A DNA stretch of 64,000 nt from an uncultured Pseudomonadales bacterium (GTDB taxonomy: Bacteria; Patescibacteriota; Microgenomatia; UBA1400; UBA12028), in assembly GCA_964635905.1 (NCBI GenBank), contig CAZWPK010000001.1:155863-219862 (forward strand), read 5' to 3'. Below, piece by piece: positions 59,151 to 64,000 of this stretch. The notes below the pieces were generated by a model. That model had not been told where the DNA came from, did not search any database, and saw only the letters and a list, made by a program, of their open reading frames with translations. The first letter of the stretch is position 1, and each line of letters starts with the position of its first letter. The position numbers and the translations under genes are program-made.

Positions 59151-59433
59151 ATCTCCTTTTACATTTCTACTATCCTATCCAATTTTCTATGGCAGAAGAG
59201 CTCAGCTTTTTGTATGAGAAGCGTAATTTCGGGAGTAGGTTACCCAAAAGTGCTTGTGATAATTCTATTTCGATTGAGTGAAGAGAATTTTCGCTTTAAA
59301 TGTAAGAAATATCTTATCAGACCGATTGTATTACTGGAAGTAGAAAATATATTTCTTTCGCAAAATATTGAGTGAAAAATTTGCAGTAATCAAAAACTTA
59401 TATATGCGAACTTAGGAATGATATAATTTCGTC

Positions 59434-59745
59434 ATGGCTCTTGCATCCGAATATGATAACTCACCTGACGAGATGATTCTTTGGGAAGACAGAGAGTACC
59501 GATTTAAAAGATTTCAACAGCTGACAGAGGGACAATCTATGCAGCTTAAAATCTCTGATCTCACGCCTTCTCAAACAAAGGATGGTCTTCGTAGTGCTAC
59601 CAGCCAAGATCCAATTTCTGCATATTATGATGTAAACACAGGGAAAATCATCATTTGTGATGGGAATCATCGCTATTATGATTTTAAGCCGGATAATGAT
59701 TGGAACAGAAAAATATTGGTAAAAAAAACAACGCAGCCACTGTAA
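59434..59745 (+). CDS. Small ParB/sulfiredoxin-fold-like protein (PSQ ... DGNHR motif)
   Basis: 'LTPSQTKD' and 'ICDGNHRYY' resemble ParB-N/Srx motifs. Paralog of the next ORF. Confidence 0.35.
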   Translation: MALASEYDNSPDEMILWEDREYRFKRFQQLTEGQSMQLKISDLTPSQTKDGLRSATSQDPISAYYDVNTGKIIICDGNHRYYDFKPDNDWNRKILVKKTTQPL

Positions 59746-59749
59746 AACT

Positions 59750-60088
59750 ATGTCAGAAATAACCGCACCGCAGAGTTACGAAAGCTATCAGCAAGCAAAC
59801 AGTGAGAAATACAGGGGATGTTTGGAAGAATTTCTACAATTAAAAGTTGGAGGTGAAATGAAAATTGAAATTGGGTTTCTTCATCCCAGTCAAAAACCTC
59901 CCGATAAAACTGAAGCGATAGTACCGATTGATAGTCGGCGAATTGAAGTATTTGAAAATACGGTAGCAGGCAAACGTCGAATTACTCTCCAAGGTGGAAA
60001 TCATCGCTTTTGGAACGCGGTAAGAACGGGATTCTATGATACTCAGGTCACCGTTGTTAAAGTTCCGAATCCATATATCGAGTATTAG
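59750..60088 (+). CDS. Small ParB/sulfiredoxin-fold-like protein, tandem paralog
   Basis: 'LHPSQKPPD' and 'LQGGNHRFW'. Collinear with upstream ORF. Confidence 0.35.
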   Translation: MSEITAPQSYESYQQANSEKYRGCLEEFLQLKVGGEMKIEIGFLHPSQKPPDKTEAIVPIDSRRIEVFENTVAGKRRITLQGGNHRFWNAVRTGFYDTQVTVVKVPNPYIEY

Positions 60089-60132
60089 TGGTAACCAAAC
60101 ACCTTTGAATTTTTTATTTTCGGTTGCGTTTT

Positions 60133-60444
60133 TTACATTCTTTCTCGTTGGTCAAATCTCTTATACAACCCTGTAACTTGTCCAGCTGCAGAATACAGAT
60201 CTAATTCAGTTTGTGTCTTAGTCTGATTCGAAACCAGCTTTCGATCAATACTCGAGAGTATTACGGAATAATCGAACATCCTTGAGTTCACAATGAGATG
60301 TCGGAATAAAGGGTACACCGGTAGCAGCCAAGCAAGCGCTGCTACAGGATCAAACTTACTCAAATCATCAGGAAAAAGCTGATCTGCCTTCTCCAGATGT
60401 TCTTGTACAATTCGAATTGCACTTTCTCTATTAATAATTTCCAT
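60133..60444 (-). CDS. Hypothetical protein
   Basis: 103-aa ORF. Confidence 0.3.
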   Translation of the reverse strand: MEIINRESAIRIVQEHLEKADQLFPDDLSKFDPVAALAWLLPVYPLFRHLIVNSRMFDYSVILSSIDRKLVSNQTKTQTELDLYSAAGQVTGLYKRFDQRERM

Positions 60445-60492
60445 ACGGTGTACGTATTTCGTGGTTATAAGAACCGATGTAAAACGTTGGTG

Positions 60493-61026
60493 TTAGAATC
60501 GCGCCAATATCTCGTTTACTCCACCACCTTTCCATGTTGATAACGCTCCCCCTGATTGATCAATCACAACAAAGGTGTGCGCTGAGGTGACATTGTATTT
60601 GGATTTGAGCGTTTGCGCCGTATCAAAATTCACCGTCACAATCGTCATTCCGGCAGGAAGGTCAGAAATATTCTCATTAAAGTCCCGGGTTGCTTGAGTA
60701 CAGCTGGTACAACTTGGTGCGGTAAAGAAATATAGAGTAGGTCCGACCTTTGCATAGTCCAATGCAGCTGCCTCAGAGGTAAAGTCCACCCGTCTAGCAG
60801 AAGGCAGTCCACCTTTTCCAACTTCGCCATTTGCCATCACGCTCTCCTCTATGCCAGTACCATTTCCATTTTCATCCTTAGACGAATCCAGGAGCGATCC
60901 CAAGGAAGCAGAATCTGCAGTTAAAGAAGCAGGAGTTGGTGAAGGCAAAAGACTAGTGCGAATTCGAGCACAACCTGTTAAAGTAAATGACAAAACGAGG
61001 AGTGTAAGAAGCAGTTTTTTATTCAT
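60493..61026 (-). CDS. Thioredoxin-fold lipoprotein (CxxC)
   Basis: Lipobox 'LTGC' after signal peptide. 'FTAPSCTSCTQ' CxxC motif. Confidence 0.55.
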   Translation of the reverse strand: MNKKLLLTLLVLSFTLTGCARIRTSLLPSPTPASLTADSASLGSLLDSSKDENGNGTGIEESVMANGEVGKGGLPSARRVDFTSEAAALDYAKVGPTLYFFTAPSCTSCTQATRDFNENISDLPAGMTIVTVNFDTAQTLKSKYNVTSAHTFVVIDQSGGALSTWKGGGVNEILARF

Positions 61027-61095
61027 AGAATCCTTGAGTAATATTTGTGGATAACTATAGCATTCAAGGATAAATAGTAAAGAGAAGGAGCAACT

Positions 61096-61626
61096 GTGGA
61101 ATTAACATTTGGAACACAAGCTGGTTACAACGATAAGAAAATCTTTGTGCGTACCGATCACTACGCCCGAAATGAATCGAAAAGTGGTATACCTGTTCCT
61201 CAAGTGATTTCAGACGAAGTCAGAGAAAAGCTTTTCGTTAAAGGCAACTACACGGATGTAAAAGGGGGCAGATATCTTTCTACTGATAAACTACTTGATG
61301 TTGCTGCTACTCCCGATGGACTTTTTCAGGTCCTCAACTTATTACGACATGAGACAGGAAATGTTGCCAACGAAGTAATGTCAGTGAACTTTGGATACAA
61401 ACCTGAACAAAATGAAGCACTATTGCCCATCATCAACAACTACAATGCAATGCTTCGAGCAATCAATACGATTCTCATCTCCCTACAACCACAAATCAGT
61501 GGTCAAGAAGTCCTAGCATCTGTTCAAAAAGCAAAGAATGATATTGAGAAATCGCTATCTTTGCTCGAACGGGAGTTGAGAGGATTAACTGAGAAAGTAA
61601 CTTCAACAACGGACAAAAGAGCTTAA
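61096..61626 (+). CDS. Hypothetical protein
   Basis: 176-aa ORF. Confidence 0.3.
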   Translation: MELTFGTQAGYNDKKIFVRTDHYARNESKSGIPVPQVISDEVREKLFVKGNYTDVKGGRYLSTDKLLDVAATPDGLFQVLNLLRHETGNVANEVMSVNFGYKPEQNEALLPIINNYNAMLRAINTILISLQPQISGQEVLASVQKAKNDIEKSLSLLERELRGLTEKVTSTTDKRA

Positions 61627-61883
61627 GTACGTGTTCTTTTTGGATTTAACGCTGTATGTATCTCGCTGATTTCCAGCCGCATTTCGTTGAGCGCAGCGAT
61701 TAATTGATTGCGGTGATGGTCATCTTCCGTCTTTTCTTCACCAAGTTTTGAGATAAACACGGATACCACTAGGGGGTTTGACCTTGCAAACAAGGAAAGC
61801 ATTTCTTCTGGTGCTGATCCATTTGCATATGCATGGAATAATTCTTTTAGTGATGCCATACTGCGTTTACCTGTGACAAGCAA
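61623..61883 (-). CDS. Hypothetical small protein
   Basis: 86-aa ORF. Confidence 0.25.
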   Translation of the reverse strand: MLVTGKRSMASLKELFHAYANGSAPEEMLSLFARSNPLVVSVFISKLGEEKTEDDHHRNQLIAALNEMRLEISEIHTALNPKRTRT

Positions 61884-62733
61884 ACAATCTGTTCAGACTG
61901 CTTGGTTTCAATCCATACCGGAACTAAAAACGAGTATCCGATTCCAGATGAGTGCAGAGGTTACTCCTGCATCTCTGAAAGTTTTGGGATTCAGCGAACG
62001 TGAAACAGACATCATTATACGCTATGCCAATCAACACCCCATACAAGAACTGGGAGAATGGTGTCAAAAAAATGCAATCTCGATCGTAACTAATTCCGAT
62101 ACCGTATATCCACATCTTCTTTCACAAATCGCTGATCCTCCAGAAGCTCTCTATAGTAAAGGAGCATTACCTAGTGACTTGGTTCCCAAAATTGCAGTAG
62201 TCGGGACACGACACGTCACTTCGTACGGAAGAATGGTTACAGAACGGCTCACGAGTCAGTTAGTCGAACTTGGATTCACAATTGTATCGGGCATGATGTA
62301 TGGCGTAGACACCATTGCGCATGTAACAACGGTAAAAAGCAAGGGAACAACCATTGGTGTTCTTGGGTATGGGTTTGGTGTTCCGTACTATCCTAGAGAA
62401 CAACAACACGTAGCAGAAGCAATTCTATCTTCAGGTGGATGTTTGATTTCTGAGTATCCACCCTGGCAACCACCTACACGCTATACCTTTCCACAACGTA
62501 ACCGTATTGTTTCAGGTCTCAGTCTTGGTGTGATTGTTACAGAGGCAGCTGCGAAAAGTGGAAGCAAGATTACTGCACGACTGGCAGCAGAGCAGGGGCG
62601 CGAAGTGTTCGCAATTCCTGGTCCGATTGATTCTCCCTACAGTGAAGGAACCAAAGAACTGATCAATCTAGGGGCAACTCTAGTGTCGAATGCTGATGAC
62701 ATTCTAGAACAACTACGCTTGGAAACTAGCTGA
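61873..62733 (+). CDS. dprA: DNA processing protein A (DprA/Smf)
   Basis: Rossmann-like 'IAVVGTRHVTSYGRMVTERL', 'IVSGMMYGVDTIAH', 'IVTEAAAKSGSKITAR'. Followed by topA, the usual gene order. Confidence 0.75.
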   Translation: MTSKQSVQTAWFQSIPELKTSIRFQMSAEVTPASLKVLGFSERETDIIIRYANQHPIQELGEWCQKNAISIVTNSDTVYPHLLSQIADPPEALYSKGALPSDLVPKIAVVGTRHVTSYGRMVTERLTSQLVELGFTIVSGMMYGVDTIAHVTTVKSKGTTIGVLGYGFGVPYYPREQQHVAEAILSSGGCLISEYPPWQPPTRYTFPQRNRIVSGLSLGVIVTEAAAKSGSKITARLAAEQGREVFAIPGPIDSPYSEGTKELINLGATLVSNADDILEQLRLETS

Positions 62734-62778
62734 CAACATTTCAGCTCAATTAGTCTAGGTGACCAATTGCAGCCGTGT

Positions 62779-63009
62779 TTAGGAACGGGTCACAGTAACG
62801 AGAAGTCCATCTCGTCGCAGACTAACCTGCGCCTGTGTAAGCTGCTGGTATTCCTTGGGAAGAGTTGCTAAGAGCAGTAGTCCAAGTGCTTGGGATTTTG
62901 TCGGTGTGAGATTGCGATCCATATCATCTTTTGGAGAAAAGATGGCTTCAAACTCTTCTGCTACATATTCTTTGTCAAGAAAAAATTGTAAGGAATCAGT
63001 ATCTGTCAT
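62779..63009 (-). CDS. Hypothetical small protein
   Basis: 76-aa ORF. Confidence 0.25.
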   Translation of the reverse strand: MTDTDSLQFFLDKEYVAEEFEAIFSPKDDMDRNLTPTKSQALGLLLLATLPKEYQQLTQAQVSLRRDGLLVTVTRS

Positions 63010-63215
63010 AGGTCCTTTCTGTTAAAACTACGTTATTAGTATACACTTTTGTCGCATTCTATCTAAAAAACACACTACTATAGCTAGAATTTCCTCTCTC
63101 CTGCTACAATATATCCTTTCCGATGCGGTATGCTTAGTGCTTGGCGGTTTCAAACAATAGGGTCGCCAACTCCTACAGTGTGGTCGTAGAACAGATAGAC
63201 AAGAAGAGTACGTGT

Positions 63216-64000
63216 ATGAAAAATTTGGTTATTGTTGAATCACCGACGAAAGCTCGAACTCTCAAGAAATTCTTGGGAGCTGACTTTGCCATCGAAGCCT
63301 CCATGGGGCATATTCGTGATCTTCCAAAGAGTAAATTAGGAATCGATGTTGCGCATGACTTTGAGCCGGACTATGTTCGCTCTGAAGGAAAAACAGCGGT
63401 CATCACCAAACTTAAAAAACTCGCCAAAGACGCAGACATGATCTATCTCGCAACTGACCCTGACCGAGAAGGAGAAGCAATCTCCTGGCATATTAAGTCG
63501 ATCATTGAAGATTCTGCCAAAACCAAGAAAGAGAAAGATTCTCTTAAGACCAAGTTTGCCCGAGCAACCTTTCACGAAATTACAAAGAGCGCAATCTTGG
63601 ATGCAATCGCACATCCCAGCACCCTCAATATGGCGCTGGTGGATGCACAACAAGCACGACGCGTTTTGGATCGATTAGTCGGATACTATCTCTCTCCAGT
63701 CTTATGGAAAAAAGTGCGACGTGGACTCTCAGCTGGCCGTGTGCAATCGGTGGCGTTACGTCTGATTGTCGACCGAGAGCGCGAACGTGAAGCCTTTGTG
63801 CCTGTGGAATACTGGGAAGTCTTTGTGGACGTTACCACGCAAGCTTCGGAAGCCCTGCGCATCCAGCTCTTTAAAGTTGCGGGAAAAGAATTTGTGGCGG
63901 ATACGAAGGCATTGGTGGATCCGATTGTTGCGGATCTAAAAGTGGCCAATTATACGGTAGCCGACATTCAGGAGACCAAGCGCATTCGAGCCCCCTACGC
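63216..64000 (+). CDS. topA: DNA topoisomerase I, 3'-partial (runs off window end)
   Basis: Toprim N-terminus 'MKNLVIVESPTKARTLKKFLG...SMGHIRDLP', 'DPDREGEAISWH'. No stop before window end. Confidence 0.85.
   Translation, partial: MKNLVIVESPTKARTLKKFLGADFAIEASMGHIRDLPKSKLGIDVAHDFEPDYVRSEGKTAVITKLKKLAKDADMIYLATDPDREGEAISWHIKSIIEDSAKTKKEKDSLKTKFARATFHEITKSAILDAIAHPSTLNMALVDAQQARRVLDRLVGYYLSPVLWKKVRRGLSAGRVQSVALRLIVDREREREAFVPVEYWEVFVDVTTQASEALRIQLFKVAGKEFVADTKALVDPIVADLKVANYTVADIQETKRIRAPY

Noticed and set aside
1-64000. Search for CRISPR arrays or regular short direct-repeat/spacer structures
   Set aside because: No regularly spaced short repeats were seen in any ORF-free interval.

Overview
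This 64-kb window comes from a roughly 47% GC bacterial chromosome that uses the standard genetic code (TAA, TAG and TGA all terminate well-supported genes). It is gene-dense, with many small hypothetical proteins, so a small-genome uncultivated lineage is possible; that is inference only.

Housekeeping and core genes I can support:
- A PAS histidine kinase with two receiver-only response regulators, followed by a MacB/FtsX-type ABC transporter (ATPase plus permease).
- tRNA-Thr(UGU), rpmG (L33), glmS, a P-type cation ATPase, an amino-acid permease, rpmB (L28), the def-fmt pair, mreB-mreC-mreD-PBP2, dprA, and a 5' fragment of topA.
- Several secreted or membrane proteins and a pterin dehydratase.

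The most striking feature is a low-GC (about 25-38%) accessory region. It starts exactly at a tRNA-Trp(CCA) gene (12360-12430) and runs to about 27.3 kb. It contains:
- a cytochrome P450, a NUDIX hydrolase, and a divergent adenylosuccinate-synthetase (PurA-like) gene;
- BrnT/BrnA and RelE/ParE-type toxin-antitoxin pairs;
- an AAA/DUF4143 ATPase;
- two pseudogenes (a frameshifted paralog fragment and a truncated inositol monophosphatase);
- a HAD/HIT/methyltransferase cluster, a TfoX-N protein, and many unknowns.

This region is punctuated by five degenerate direct copies of the tRNA-Trp 3' end. Each copy sits directly after a plus-strand stop codon, which looks like serial site-specific integration or a cassette-like accretion. 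No integrase, transposase or CRISPR array is recognisable anywhere in the window.

Other anomalies:
- a 0.6-kb segment of about 65% GC embedded in a gene at 36.6-37.2 kb;
- tandem endonuclease/exonuclease/phosphatase (EEP) paralogs plus a frameshifted helix-turn-helix ORF lying between rpmG and tRNA-Trp;
- a tight operon of five small unknown proteins that includes a paralog pair;
- a tandem pair of small ParB/sulfiredoxin-like proteins carrying a GNHR motif;
- a long structured leader upstream of glmS.
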